Shown: positions 19,136 to 29,277, numbered from the stretch's first letter. The stretch: DNA of 32,000 nucleotides from Candidatus Kuenenia stuttgartensis (GCF_900232105.1 NZ_LT934425.1:1380001-1412000); one strand, 5' to 3'. Made by a program: numbers and translations. The notes: generated by a model from the sequence alone, not told the origin.

Positions 19136-21263
19136 AATCATCTTCACGTATCTTAACAAGCCCTAACTGCTCCGCTATGGAAAAAAAACCCGGCTCATTT
19201 ACATGGTTGATATCATCCTTCAGGACATGCAGGAGCTGTTCCCTTGCCTCCTGCTTTTTCCCCTGTTGAAAATAAATGATCCCCAGATTCTTACGTGCGC
19301 CAATATTCCGGGGATTTGCCCTTATCGAACTCAAAAATTCCATCTCTGCCAAATCCCATAACCCTTGCCGGCAATACAATGCCCCCAGATTATTGTGCGC
19401 ATTGGCGTGGTCGGGATTCAACCTCAAGGCTTTTTTTAATTCGCTCAGCGCCTCTTCAAAACGATTTGTCTCTGTATAAATGAAGCCTAAATTACTGTGC
19501 GCTTCAGCATACCCCGGGTAAATATATAATGCCTTCCGGTACTGCGCAATAGCGGCGTCAAGATTCCCCTTTTTCAGATAAGCGCTGCCAAGATTGTTAA
19601 ATACCTGCGGCTTATGCATGTTGAGCTGAATCGCCTTGTTAAAAAACACAATGCACTCATCCAGTGCATTTTTATCAAAATAGGCATTCCCCATATTATA
19701 GTAGGCATAGGAAGATGCCGGGTCATAGTGTATTGCCAGGGAAAACTCGGAAATCGCCTTGTCAGTAAGCCCTTTATCAATATACATGGTGCCCAGACTA
19801 TTGTGTCCCTCCGGATAATCATTCTTCAGGAGAACGGCCCTCTCCAACTCCCCGATTGCCCGGTCAAGGTCACCATGCTTGTAATAAAATACCCCAAGAT
19901 TGTTATGCGCATCATGATTATCCGGCTGCTCTTTCGCAATCTTTGTCCAGAAGGTGTATTCGTCCCGCCAGTCATTGTTCCTTAGCACTGTTCTTAGGGC
20001 AAACGAAATAACCACTACTGCTGCAATGGCAATGATACCGGCGCGTCTCTTCAATGCCTGCCTATCGGGCAAAAACAACCCCGTCCTGCTGCCTGCCGGG
20101 ATATTACCGGGAAACCAGCGGCCTATAACGCAGCCTGTCACTCCGCAAAACCCTGCAACCGGAAGATATAAATATCTCTCCGCCATAATATGCCCGATGG
20201 GAATAATATTCATCACGGGCAATAAGGCGGCAAAAAAACACAGTGCAAACAGTCCCTGTATGCGGGAGTGTTTTATTATCCTAAAAACAATCACGCCTAC
20301 CGCCACAAGAAAAAAAACGCTTATGAGAAATGACATGTCGGAGAGCGTGCGTACTGGAATTGCTTTATAATCGGCATTCAAGTGTATGGGTAAAAACATT
20401 TGTTTTACATAATATGCCACCACCTTGACCATCGTCATACCGCTTATCCAAAAACTCTTTTCATAATACGCAACCGAAACAAGCCTTGGGTTTTTCAACA
20501 GGGAGAAACGCACGAGAATGAAAAAAAACGACACGAACGCGTATCCCAAAAGTATTTTTACATAATACCTTTTCAGATATGGTATGCCGCACAGCAACCG
20601 GTACAAAATGATGAATACCGGCAGTACTATTGCGCTTTCCTTGGAAAACAAGGCAAGCATATAAAAGAGCAGTCCGATTATTAAAAAAACCCCCTTTCTC
20701 AAATGCGACCCGTCATCTGCCGGCAATGGCTTATCTTTTGAACATGTTTTTAGTGATTTTATAAGGAAAATGCATGACAGGAAAGAGAAGCCGGCAACAA
20801 GTAAATCTTCCCGGTAACTAATAGCGTTTACCGCTTCGGTTACGCACGGATGAATCGAAAATATTAGCGCGGCAAAGAATGCAATCGACCGCGACTTCAC
20901 CAGATTATTCACCAATATACAGAACATAAGGACGTTGAACGCATGTATCGCGACATTGGACAGGTGATAGCCGAAGGGATTGAGCCCCCATACCGCATAA
21001 TCCAGAAAATAACTTAAGGTAACAACGGGACGATAGCTCAACTCATTGGAAAGGGAGAAATACTCTTTGCTGAATATTTTTGGAAGATTCCCGGGTGATT
21101 TTATGAAATAATTCTCTTCGATAACGCTGATATCATCATAGACAAAACCATTTGGAATGGCATTGAGAAATACGCAGAATGTAATAACAACAAGCAGCAG
21201 CAGCAGCAGATAGAATGCCTTTGATTTTGACATGGTTATAGTAGTGGATGTCCCATGGCTCAT
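19134..21263 (-). CDS. Second GT-C/TMTC-like polytopic membrane protein with about 7 TPR units
   Basis: 709 aa; FVYDDISVIEENYFI, ELSYRPVVTLSYFLDYAVWGLNPFGYHLSN, HIMAERYLYLPVAGFCG, then TPRs. Paralogous to 10460-13003. Confidence 0.85.
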   Translation of the reverse strand: MSHGTSTTITMSKSKAFYLLLLLLVVITFCVFLNAIPNGFVYDDISVIEENYFIKSPGNLPKIFSKEYFSLSNELSYRPVVTLSYFLDYAVWGLNPFGYHLSNVAIHAFNVLMFCILVNNLVKSRSIAFFAALIFSIHPCVTEAVNAISYREDLLVAGFSFLSCIFLIKSLKTCSKDKPLPADDGSHLRKGVFLIIGLLFYMLALFSKESAIVLPVFIILYRLLCGIPYLKRYYVKILLGYAFVSFFFILVRFSLLKNPRLVSVAYYEKSFWISGMTMVKVVAYYVKQMFLPIHLNADYKAIPVRTLSDMSFLISVFFLVAVGVIVFRIIKHSRIQGLFALCFFAALLPVMNIIPIGHIMAERYLYLPVAGFCGVTGCVIGRWFPGNIPAGSRTGLFLPDRQALKRRAGIIAIAAVVVISFALRTVLRNNDWRDEYTFWTKIAKEQPDNHDAHNNLGVFYYKHGDLDRAIGELERAVLLKNDYPEGHNSLGTMYIDKGLTDKAISEFSLAIHYDPASSYAYYNMGNAYFDKNALDECIVFFNKAIQLNMHKPQVFNNLGSAYLKKGNLDAAIAQYRKALYIYPGYAEAHSNLGFIYTETNRFEEALSELKKALRLNPDHANAHNNLGALYCRQGLWDLAEMEFLSSIRANPRNIGARKNLGIIYFQQGKKQEAREQLLHVLKDDINHVNEPGFFSIAEQLGLVKIREDD

Positions 21264-21274
21264 GGCTCATGGCT
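21254..21274. repeat. Heptamer tandem repeat (CATGGCT)3
   Basis: Directly read; overlaps the 5' end of the CDS starting at 21263. Confidence 0.85.
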
Positions 21275-21432
21275 ACAGTCCCGTAGTCCTTGAGGTTGTG
21301 TCGGGTAACGAAACCCAACGACTAGTAACACTTTAGATTTTTGAAAAAACACCGCGAAAAGCCCCGTTCGCACCTTTTTGAAAATTAATATTCAATGTTC
21401 AATGTAAAAGAATAGAGGCAAATGAGCAACAA

Positions 21433-21468
21433 TTTGTAGGGACACGCCATGACGTGTCCTTACAAATC
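21433..21468. repeat. Intergenic hairpin ATTTGTAGGGACACG-CCATGA-CGTGTCCTTACAAAT
   Basis: 15-bp arms with one mismatch. Confidence 0.85.
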
Positions 21469-21487
21469 TGCGGGATCAAGTTCCTTA

Positions 21488-21778
21488 TCAAACATAGACG
21501 ACATCTCGCTCTATCCTGCGCCTCAATGTCTTGTTCATTTTATCCCGGAGACGAACAATATCAACCCTGTTGCCAAGAGATTCCTCGACAGCCTGCTTGA
21601 TGCCTATCAGACAAAACAGGTCGGGCTTTTTAAGTTCAACCACAATATCAATATCGCTCCCCTCCCGGCCCTCGTCTCTTGCGTAACTGCCAAAGAGACC
21701 TATCTTTTTAACGCCAAACCTTTGTTCAAATTCAGCTTTGTGTTCAGAAATAAAACTTATAATATCTTCCCTCTTCAT
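21488..21778 (-). CDS. MNT-type minimal nucleotidyltransferase
   Basis: 96 aa; VKKIGLFGSYARDEGREGSDIDIVVEL. No HEPN partner visible next to it. Confidence 0.88.
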   Translation of the reverse strand: MKREDIISFISEHKAEFEQRFGVKKIGLFGSYARDEGREGSDIDIVVELKKPDLFCLIGIKQAVEESLGNRVDIVRLRDKMNKTLRRRIERDVVYV

Positions 21779-22011
21779 TCTATCGCTCTCACAAGAAACA
21801 ATCGGAATACAGATTTGAACGATAAATGCGAATAATTATTTTCTAAAATTATCAAACACCTATGTTTTTTAGCCCCAACTCATTCATGGCGGGTTCAGAT
21901 TGCAAGCCTGCCTGAGGTAGTAACATACTCCTCCTTTTGGTCTTTGGTCAATTGTAAACTTGTGACGATTTTTTTAGTCTGCGTAATCTGTGGTTCCCCT
22001 TTGCCTTGTTG

Positions 22012-22236
22012 TTACGTCTTTAGTGTTATTAAATCTTCGTCAAATTCAAGTGAGTAAGAGAGCACTGTCCTTAAATCTATTTTTTTAGAAGCATCCAGCA
22101 TTTCTATACCCACAATTTTTCCCTCCGAAGTTGTATCCACATTAACTCCTTCTGAAATTTCTATAACCCCATCCGGCGTTTCATCCCCCAGCCTCAAATA
22201 CAAAGCATCTGCTTCATTGTCGTAATACACTTTCAT
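22012..22236 (-). CDS. DUF2283 family protein
   Basis: 74 aa; MKVYYDNEADALYLRLGDETPDGVIEISEGVNVDTTSEGKIVGIEML. Confidence 0.88.
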   Translation of the reverse strand: MKVYYDNEADALYLRLGDETPDGVIEISEGVNVDTTSEGKIVGIEMLDASKKIDLRTVLSYSLEFDEDLITLKT

Positions 22237-22460
22237 TTTTTCCTCCCATTCTTCAAAGGGTAGTTTGTTATTACTGTTATTATACTCTTCTCCACGACAA
22301 TTGTAATTTTCAGTGGATACTTAAATCCTTCTGCACTTTCTATAATCTCATGCCTTCCTTGAGATAATTCTTTACCTTCTAAAATCTTTATAATTGTTGA
22401 CTCTGATATTTTATATAATCTTGCCCTTCTTTTAGCGTGCCGTGAGAATTTTATTTCCAC
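22233..22460 (-). CDS. DUF4258 family protein
   Basis: 75 aa; FSRHAKRRARLYKISESTIIKIL; stop overlaps the start of the DUF2283 gene by 4 bp. Confidence 0.82.
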   Translation of the reverse strand: MEIKFSRHAKRRARLYKISESTIIKILEGKELSQGRHEIIESAEGFKYPLKITIVVEKSIITVITNYPLKNGRKK

Positions 22461-22528
22461 AAATCATTCCTCAATATTAGCGCCCATTCGCGGTTCAAAG
22501 GTTTTCAACCGTGAAACCTGAAAACCTC

Positions 22529-23200
22529 TCATAACTCGCTTAACCTATGCTTCCGGTGTTTAACGACCGTTGCCCTTACAATATACACCACTTCTTCCGC
22601 TATATTGGTGGAATGGTCGGCGATTCTTTCCAAATGGCGCGAAATAAACATCAGGTGCACTGCCCGTATAATATTCCCAGGGTCTTCCATCATATATGTC
22701 AGTAATTCGCGAAATATCTGGTCATTGAGGGCATCAACCGTGGAATCGCGCTGGCAAACCGCCTGCGCAAGGGTGGTATCTTTATTCACAAACGCATCAA
22801 TGCTGTCTTTCACCATAGTTTGCGCAATAGTTGCCATCATTGGGATGTCTATTAGGGGTTTTAGCTGCGGTTCCTGATTCAGAGGAACAACCCGCTCCGC
22901 TATGTTTACCGCAAGATCACCCATCCTCTCGAGATTATTGGTAATCTTCATCGCTGAGGTTATAAACCGGAGGTCAACCGCCATTGGCTGTTGCAAAGCC
23001 AGCAGGTCAACGCACTGCTTATCTATCTCCAGTTCTAAATCATCCACCTGCTCATCGTGCATCACCACTGAGTGCGCCAGGTCGCTGTCTCTTTCTTTTA
23101 ATGACTTAACGGCGTTTGAAATAGCCATCTCAACGACAGAGGCCATCTGGATAAGATTCCTCCGGAGAACACCTAATTGTTGGTCAAAATGTCTTTCCAT
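22529..23200 (-). CDS. phoU: Phosphate transport system regulatory protein PhoU
   Basis: 223 aa; VEMAISNAVKSLKERD, AVDLRFITSAMKITNNLERMGDLAVNIAERV, HLMFISRHLERIADHSTNIAEEVVYIVRA. Confidence 0.96.
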   Translation of the reverse strand: MERHFDQQLGVLRRNLIQMASVVEMAISNAVKSLKERDSDLAHSVVMHDEQVDDLELEIDKQCVDLLALQQPMAVDLRFITSAMKITNNLERMGDLAVNIAERVVPLNQEPQLKPLIDIPMMATIAQTMVKDSIDAFVNKDTTLAQAVCQRDSTVDALNDQIFRELLTYMMEDPGNIIRAVHLMFISRHLERIADHSTNIAEEVVYIVRATVVKHRKHRLSEL

Positions 23201-23220
23201 TTGTTATTTACGAATTACAA

Positions 23221-23249
23221 TTTTAGTTTTAGTTTTAGTTTTAGTTTTA
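23221..23249. repeat. Hexamer tandem repeat (TTTTAG)4.8
   Basis: 29 bp directly read. Confidence 0.9.
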
Positions 23250-23532
23250 CGAATCACAATAATTTCCCCTCCACTGGGTGGCAATGGGGGGCGTCTTACG
23301 CACACACTCGTTCCCAAACCTTTTACTGAACATAATGAAGTATCTGCATGGGAACACAATGGCACTGGAAACTATATTTGAGGGTTCAGATTTGTAACCG
23401 TTCGGCTAAGCTCACGACGAACCATTCTTATAGCTCATGGCTCATAGTAATTTGGCTCATGGCTATCAGCACACAAGGGCATCCGTTTGTCATTGCGAGC
23501 GCATCCGTTTGTCATCGCAAGCACATCCGCTT

Positions 23533-23700
23533 GTCATTGCGAGGGTCTTTTCCGAAGCAATCTCATAAACCGTCATAACGAGCCGTGTATCGTTTATGCT
23601 GAATAGTTACATTTTTTTAGCCCTTGAGCCACCCTTAATTTGCTTCTCCCGCGATATGGCGTTTCTTACGTCACGAAATATCCTGAACCCGCCGGGAGTC
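23533..23700 (-). pseudogene. Relic of the GIY-YIG element
   Basis: 28-bp terminal motif intact at 23533-23560, then sequence coding IFRDVRNAISREKQIKGGSRAKKM; no second end seen. Confidence 0.75.
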
Positions 23701-23983
23701 GTGTAATGTTTACGCTGAATAATTACAAAGCCATCAGTCCTGCTTTCTAACTTTTTCCTCAATTTCTTAGCTACTTCTCCGGAATCAACTTCTGATAAAC
23801 GATCCGCCCATATTCCAAACGCAGGATGGCGCCTTTTTGTTATTTTTTCAGTTTTCAAATCAATATAAACTCTGACTTTTTTTTAGATATACGTTCTAAT
23901 CTTTTCCTGATCTTTTCAGGTATAGACAAATGGCCATCAGGTAGTACATCGGCTATGTATTCAACTAGTTCGTTGCTCATCAT
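23607..23983 (-). pseudogene. Frameshifted AbrB-like/antitoxin-like gene fused at its 3' end to GIY-YIG relic sequence
   Basis: ATG at 23980 (or 23983): MSNELVEYIADVLPDGHLSIPEKIRKRLERIS, then a 7-A run (23878-23884). Skipping one A restores KVRVYIDLKTEKITKRRHPAFGIWADRLSEVDSGEVAKKLRKKLESRTDG. Confidence 0.7.
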
Positions 23984-24427
23984 ATCTTCCGTTCTAAAAG
24001 CAGTGGTTAGTGTTTGACAATTTTATTGTAGCAGCAATTATTTTACACATCCTGTGATTATTTATGTCGTTCAAAAAGCAGTGTTAATCAGCGTTTATCT
24101 GTGTCCAACTATTGGTCATTGGTTCATCATGATAGTTCATTATAGATGTGGGTAATGCTTTTTCAAGAACCATTTAGGGGATTTTAAATTTTGGATTTTG
24201 GATTTTAGGTAATAGTTCACTGCAGTTCGTTATCCTCTTTTTATTTTTGCCGGCAACTTATGGTATTACCCTGTAAAAACCTCTTTTTTTTGTAAGATTT
24301 TCTTCGTGCCCCTTTGTGTTCTGTATTCTTTGTGCCCTTTGTGGTTAAACTCTTTTTAATTACGGCTTTATAGCAATATGTGATTTAAGGAATTGGGGAT
24401 TTTACCAACTTACTTAAAAACCACAAA

Positions 24428-24465
24428 AAAAGGGGTGTTATATCTTTCGACATAACACCCCTTTT
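24428..24465 (-). terminator. Rho-independent terminator of the S-layer gene
   Basis: Perfect 14-bp arms AAAAGGGGTGTTAT (24428-24441)/ATAACACCCCTTTT (24452-24465), 10-nt loop, 7-T tract on the minus strand. Confidence 0.9.
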
Positions 24466-24501
24466 AAACTACTTGACTACTAAACTAACATTATCACTAT
24501 T

Positions 24502-27500
24502 TTATTTTGCAAGAGTGACGTTTACTTTCGGTTTATCTTTCACACCTTTTACAGCAAACTTCACGTTAGCTTTTCCTTTGCTCTTCTTCGCCTTCACGGT
24601 AAACGTTGCCTGGCCACTTGTATCTGTTGTTTCGCTGGCAGGCGTTACCTTAATCTTCTTCTTGTTAGCCGAAGTAAGCTTCCTCTTTACCTTCACGCCT
24701 TGTGCAGGGCAACCATCTTCATCTGTTACCAGCACTATAACGTCTTCGCTGTCACCTTTTGTAAGACTCAGGCTATCCGGTGTTACAGTAGCGGCTGAAG
24801 CAACTGCCTCATCCGGTTCCGGACATGGTCCTTTCGGTTCCAAGGTTACTGGCAGGATCGTTACCGGAGGTGTCACTGTTACCGTTACAACCGATGTGAG
24901 ATAGTCAGTTGCACTTACAGAAACCTCGTAATCACCGGCTTCGAGGGTAAAGGTAGCTCCACCACTTGCATCCGTAACTCCGGATTGTCCATCAACAGTC
25001 ACCGTAGCTCCTGCGATTGGAATGCCATCTCCATCCGCAACCGCAACTACCAATGTCGCAGTTGGTGGAGGCGTCACAGTTGGCGTTGTTATTGGTGTTC
25101 CCTGAACAGAAGCAACCAACGCGAAGTCGAGGTTTGTTGTCCCGCCTGCCGTTACTACTATAGCAGTAGGGGCTGAGGGAACGTAACCGAGAGCCACAGC
25201 GGTAAAGGTACGAGTTCCAGCTTCAACATTCGCAATCGAGTAGAACCCATCCGCGTCAGTTGTATCAGTGTAAATCCCTGACTGATTACGCACCGTCGCT
25301 CCTTCAATGCCATCCCCTGTCGCCGCATCCGTTACAAACCCTTCTACCGAACCGAGTCCAGGTATCAGAGATGGTGTTGGCGTTAGCCCAGGGGTTGGAG
25401 TTATTCCAGGCGTTGGAGTTACCCCAGGCGTTGGTGTAGGCGAAGGTGTTACAGCAGCCGTTATAGCAGCCGTATCCGTCACAGTCCTGGTTGACGATGT
25501 TGTATTTATCGTGTCTGAATAAGTCACCGTCAGCGTTTCACCTTCTGCTCCCTGAATCTGGTTAAATTCAGTAGTAGCACCGCTAGAAGTTACCAGGATA
25601 GACCCTACAAATGTTCCTGTGTCATTACCCGTTTCCACCAGCCTCATCTTCGTGCTGTTTACTGAAGATGTTTGAATAAACACATCATCTAACAACGTTT
25701 CAGTGCCTGTATGAGACGTATTTCTTTCTGCATCAGCCAATGTGACAATAGCATATGTGCCTAAACCATAGGAATCTGCATTAAACTCTATAGTCGCATC
25801 ATAAGAGCCAAATGACAGCGTCTCTGTGACGGTAGTGTTGGAAGGGCTGGAATCCGTGTATGTTACAGTAACAACCCCGCCTTCCTGTGCTTTCACCTTA
25901 CCTAAATTAGCACTTGTTTCAACTGTTTCTGTACCAGTGGTAAAGGTGGCAAGGAATGTTCCGGAGGTATTTCCGCTTTCTACAAGATCTAGCGTAAGAG
26001 CGCCACCTGTAGAGTAATTGCTGCCCTCTATCTTAAGCTTATCAGTCAACGTATCTTGCCCGGAAGTGGTATTCTGATCATCATCAACTACGGATACCAC
26101 CACAGTATCACCGCTCAGGTAGGCTTTCGCTTTACTCAATAATAAAGATCCTATGCTAGTCTCGATACTTAACGGACCGACCACCCTATAATTTGTAGAG
26201 TTGTCCTCTGCAGTAGCGCTTGGAGAATCATTATAATGAACATAAATGCTATCTCCGCTGGATACCTGCAATCTGTCGGAGCTATTCAAGGTGGAACTCG
26301 AACTAGACAATTGGAACGAACCTTTAAATGTTCCAGAGTTAACCGCAGTTTCTTCTAACTTAAAATCGATAGTGTTACTACTCTGATCTACCGATGAACT
26401 TAACACATTGCTAAGTTTGCTTGCATATAAAACCTTTGCAGTAAAGCCATTTTTAAACAAGCCATCAGGTGCATTAGAAGTCGAAGAACCTACCGGATTA
26501 CCCAATCCGTTTTCATTGTAAAAAGTCACATATCTTGTGCCACTTTCGGTACGATCTGGTTCGCTGGTAGTCTGCTTGGACGATGTACTCGTATTTAAAT
26601 CCTCATCAACCAATGTCACCACTACGTATTGATTAGGCCCAATGGTTCCAGATACATTGGTAGACAACTCTCCATCATATGTTTGAAAACCTACATCTGA
26701 AGCAGTCGCAGCCAAAGTATCACCCGCCTTATAGTTACCATCTGCATCTTTGGCATCATTATAACGAATGCGATAGGTTGCGCCAAAAAATCCACCGATG
26801 CGGAATACTTTCGCACCGTTGGAAAGTGTGTCCTCACGAGCCGTAGTCATATCATTTCCTATCACCTGGATCCATGTCTTGTATGGTGTAAATGATGTAG
26901 AACTCGCCAGCTTAGTAACAACCATCGTAGAACCCGCGACTGAAACTACTTCCTGAAATTCCTGAGAAAAATCATCACGTACTCTTACCACTGACCCGGT
27001 ACCAATGAATGAATCCAATCGATTGGTAGAATTGAACTCAGAATTTGCAAACGTAATTGTCGTGTAATCCGTGGAATCTGAAAACGCTGTAGTCCTCGTA
27101 AGAGTTGTATCTGTCGTGACCCTAGCCGCTGTATAATCAAATCCAACCGTACCTACAAAAGTTGCCGAATTTGCCCCGGTTTCTGTCACTGGGATAGCAA
27201 TCCATCTCGTACCATCAGGCGATATTTCAACGGTATCACCCAACCCATCAAGAGTCGCAACAAAAGATGACGTGGTCGCAGAGCTCAGGAAACTCTTCGC
27301 AGCACTTGAAGCTCCTTTCATAAGGGCGTTAGTATCAACACTCTGAGTGCCCAATGTAAAGGTTGCGCTGCCGGCCGAACTGCTACGGGTACCTGGAGTA
27401 CCAATATAACCACTGCTTGGATCTTTTGGAATAATCCAAACCAGAGAATTATCGGTGTTAGATACACGTATAGCCGATGACGTTCCGACAGAAGTACCAT

Positions 27501-29277
27501 CCTTAAAACTCAACGAAAGCGCATTGCCAACCCCTTCTCCAGAGCCAGAGGAATACGCCGCCACCTTCAAACGATCGCCTCTCTCCGCCGTGGTGGTGCC
27601 ATTCCATGAATCCTCACCGACTGACTGCGAAGTAGAACTTGAAGTGTTAAGGTTATCATCAATCACAGTGACTGTTAAGAAATCATTTATATCAACAGTG
27701 GTTTTATCAACAGACAACTCCCCGGTTTTCCCGGCAATTCCAAATGAAATATTGGCCGAAACCGTCCCTGCTTGTCCGTTAGATTTCAACAAATCTAGAT
27801 AAGAAACCTTCAAGGTATCACCATCTCTCGGACCAACCAGCCTGAAGCCGTCAAAAACTACGCTAACGCTACCGTAGCCGCTATTGGCTATAATATCACC
27901 TTCAGTACCAAGTCCAGCCGAATCATTAGGTGTGCTAAACGAGCTCACTGCAATCAAACAATATGAACTTCCATCCATCAACTTAACAAGCTTAGAACCT
28001 GTTGCCGCATAATTAGAGGAACTACTCGGCAAGCCCCAAGCAGAAACCGCATATCCAGTACTGGTCTGTGTTCCATAACACACAACTTTGTGGCCGGTTT
28101 GAGTATCTCCGAGCGATAATGAACTTGTGCCAAAGGCTACAAGAGATGCTCCGACATCTGCCCTAGGGGCAGAAGTTGCGTCAAAAACAACACTGACTGT
28201 TCCATAAGTTTCGGTTGATGTACCATTATAAATAAGCGCAATACCGCCGTTTGCGTTCGCCTCGACAATCCGAAATGTACACGAAACAGTACCGGCCCCC
28301 AAGGTAATATCCTGCCCCTGATAGTAAGATTCAGAACTGCTTCCAACTTTCAGATTTCCTACCAAATCACTAGCCGCAACGGTAGTTGTAGTGCCGTACA
28401 CATAACCGCTTGCCGTAAAAACCCCGGTATTATTACCCGTCTCCACAAGCATTATATGCCTTGCGACAATAGATGTGCCGCCCAAGGATAACGTGTCGCC
28501 CGTATCAGAGGATTGATCAACTGCAGAAATCTGCACCATTGAAGATGCCGTACCCCTTGTGTCACCCGTTGTAAACCCGTCATAAAACCCAATAACATCC
28601 CTGACGACGGGATTAAGGTTTTCATCAGGATCTGAAATACTTAAAATAATATTCCCGTTTGATGGCAAGCCTTCAACCGAGGTAACGCTGGACGGTGAAG
28701 AACTAATGCTACCACTATTGAAACCTACCGTTGCGGTATCCAACGTTGATCCGCCATACAATAGCTCTAAAGTGGAACCCTCCGCAACTTTCAAATCCCC
28801 ACTAGTGGCAGACTGCGCATTTCCACCGATGTTCGCAGCATTCAGCCTCAAATCCAATCCAACAATGCTGTTTCCAAGGACTGAGTACCAATAACTCCCT
28901 GCAAGATCTTCCACATATCCGGAAGTAGTCCCCAAAGCCCTGTAATTGGGCTGTACTGTACCAGTAGTGGTAAATACCGTAGAAGTGTTACCCGTTTCGA
29001 GCAAAATAAACGAGGTAGCGTCGTCTACACCAGCTCTTACCGTTACCGTAATGGTATCCGGAGAACTTGTCGTATTACCTGAGCTGTCTGTCACAGAAAT
29101 CCACGCACGATCGTAATCGTTACCCCCAGCTTTTTCTGGCAGATAGCGATCACGGTCAAAACTCCCCGTGGCGGCCTTTGCGTTTGACGCTACGCCCATA
29201 ACCAGGGCCAGCATCAAAAACAAAACACCTGCCATGCTTAACCAATTGCCTTTTAAATTTAATCCAGGTCTTTTCAT
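24502..29277 (-). CDS. Secreted S-layer protein (matches recalled Kuenenia stuttgartiensis Kustd1514)
   Basis: 1591 aa, signal peptide (MAGVLFLMLALVMGVASNAKA), Ser/Thr-rich beta-type repeats, a (TPTPG[VIL])n linker, carboxypeptidase-regulatory-like domain (VEGFVTDAATGDGIEGATV), Ig-like C-terminus; SD AAAGGAG upstream. Confidence 0.9.
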   Translation of the reverse strand: MKRPGLNLKGNWLSMAGVLFLMLALVMGVASNAKAATGSFDRDRYLPEKAGGNDYDRAWISVTDSSGNTTSSPDTITVTVRAGVDDATSFILLETGNTSTVFTTTGTVQPNYRALGTTSGYVEDLAGSYWYSVLGNSIVGLDLRLNAANIGGNAQSATSGDLKVAEGSTLELLYGGSTLDTATVGFNSGSISSSPSSVTSVEGLPSNGNIILSISDPDENLNPVVRDVIGFYDGFTTGDTRGTASSMVQISAVDQSSDTGDTLSLGGTSIVARHIMLVETGNNTGVFTASGYVYGTTTTVAASDLVGNLKVGSSSESYYQGQDITLGAGTVSCTFRIVEANANGGIALIYNGTSTETYGTVSVVFDATSAPRADVGASLVAFGTSSLSLGDTQTGHKVVCYGTQTSTGYAVSAWGLPSSSSNYAATGSKLVKLMDGSSYCLIAVSSFSTPNDSAGLGTEGDIIANSGYGSVSVVFDGFRLVGPRDGDTLKVSYLDLLKSNGQAGTVSANISFGIAGKTGELSVDKTTVDINDFLTVTVIDDNLNTSSSTSQSVGEDSWNGTTTAERGDRLKVAAYSSGSGEGVGNALSLSFKDGTSVGTSSAIRVSNTDNSLVWIIPKDPSSGYIGTPGTRSSSAGSATFTLGTQSVDTNALMKGASSAAKSFLSSATTSSFVATLDGLGDTVEISPDGTRWIAIPVTETGANSATFVGTVGFDYTAARVTTDTTLTRTTAFSDSTDYTTITFANSEFNSTNRLDSFIGTGSVVRVRDDFSQEFQEVVSVAGSTMVVTKLASSTSFTPYKTWIQVIGNDMTTAREDTLSNGAKVFRIGGFFGATYRIRYNDAKDADGNYKAGDTLAATASDVGFQTYDGELSTNVSGTIGPNQYVVVTLVDEDLNTSTSSKQTTSEPDRTESGTRYVTFYNENGLGNPVGSSTSNAPDGLFKNGFTAKVLYASKLSNVLSSSVDQSSNTIDFKLEETAVNSGTFKGSFQLSSSSSTLNSSDRLQVSSGDSIYVHYNDSPSATAEDNSTNYRVVGPLSIETSIGSLLLSKAKAYLSGDTVVVSVVDDDQNTTSGQDTLTDKLKIEGSNYSTGGALTLDLVESGNTSGTFLATFTTGTETVETSANLGKVKAQEGGVVTVTYTDSSPSNTTVTETLSFGSYDATIEFNADSYGLGTYAIVTLADAERNTSHTGTETLLDDVFIQTSSVNSTKMRLVETGNDTGTFVGSILVTSSGATTEFNQIQGAEGETLTVTYSDTINTTSSTRTVTDTAAITAAVTPSPTPTPGVTPTPGITPTPGLTPTPSLIPGLGSVEGFVTDAATGDGIEGATVRNQSGIYTDTTDADGFYSIANVEAGTRTFTAVALGYVPSAPTAIVVTAGGTTNLDFALVASVQGTPITTPTVTPPPTATLVVAVADGDGIPIAGATVTVDGQSGVTDASGGATFTLEAGDYEVSVSATDYLTSVVTVTVTPPVTILPVTLEPKGPCPEPDEAVASAATVTPDSLSLTKGDSEDVIVLVTDEDGCPAQGVKVKRKLTSANKKKIKVTPASETTDTSGQATFTVKAKKSKGKANVKFAVKGVKDKPKVNVTLAK

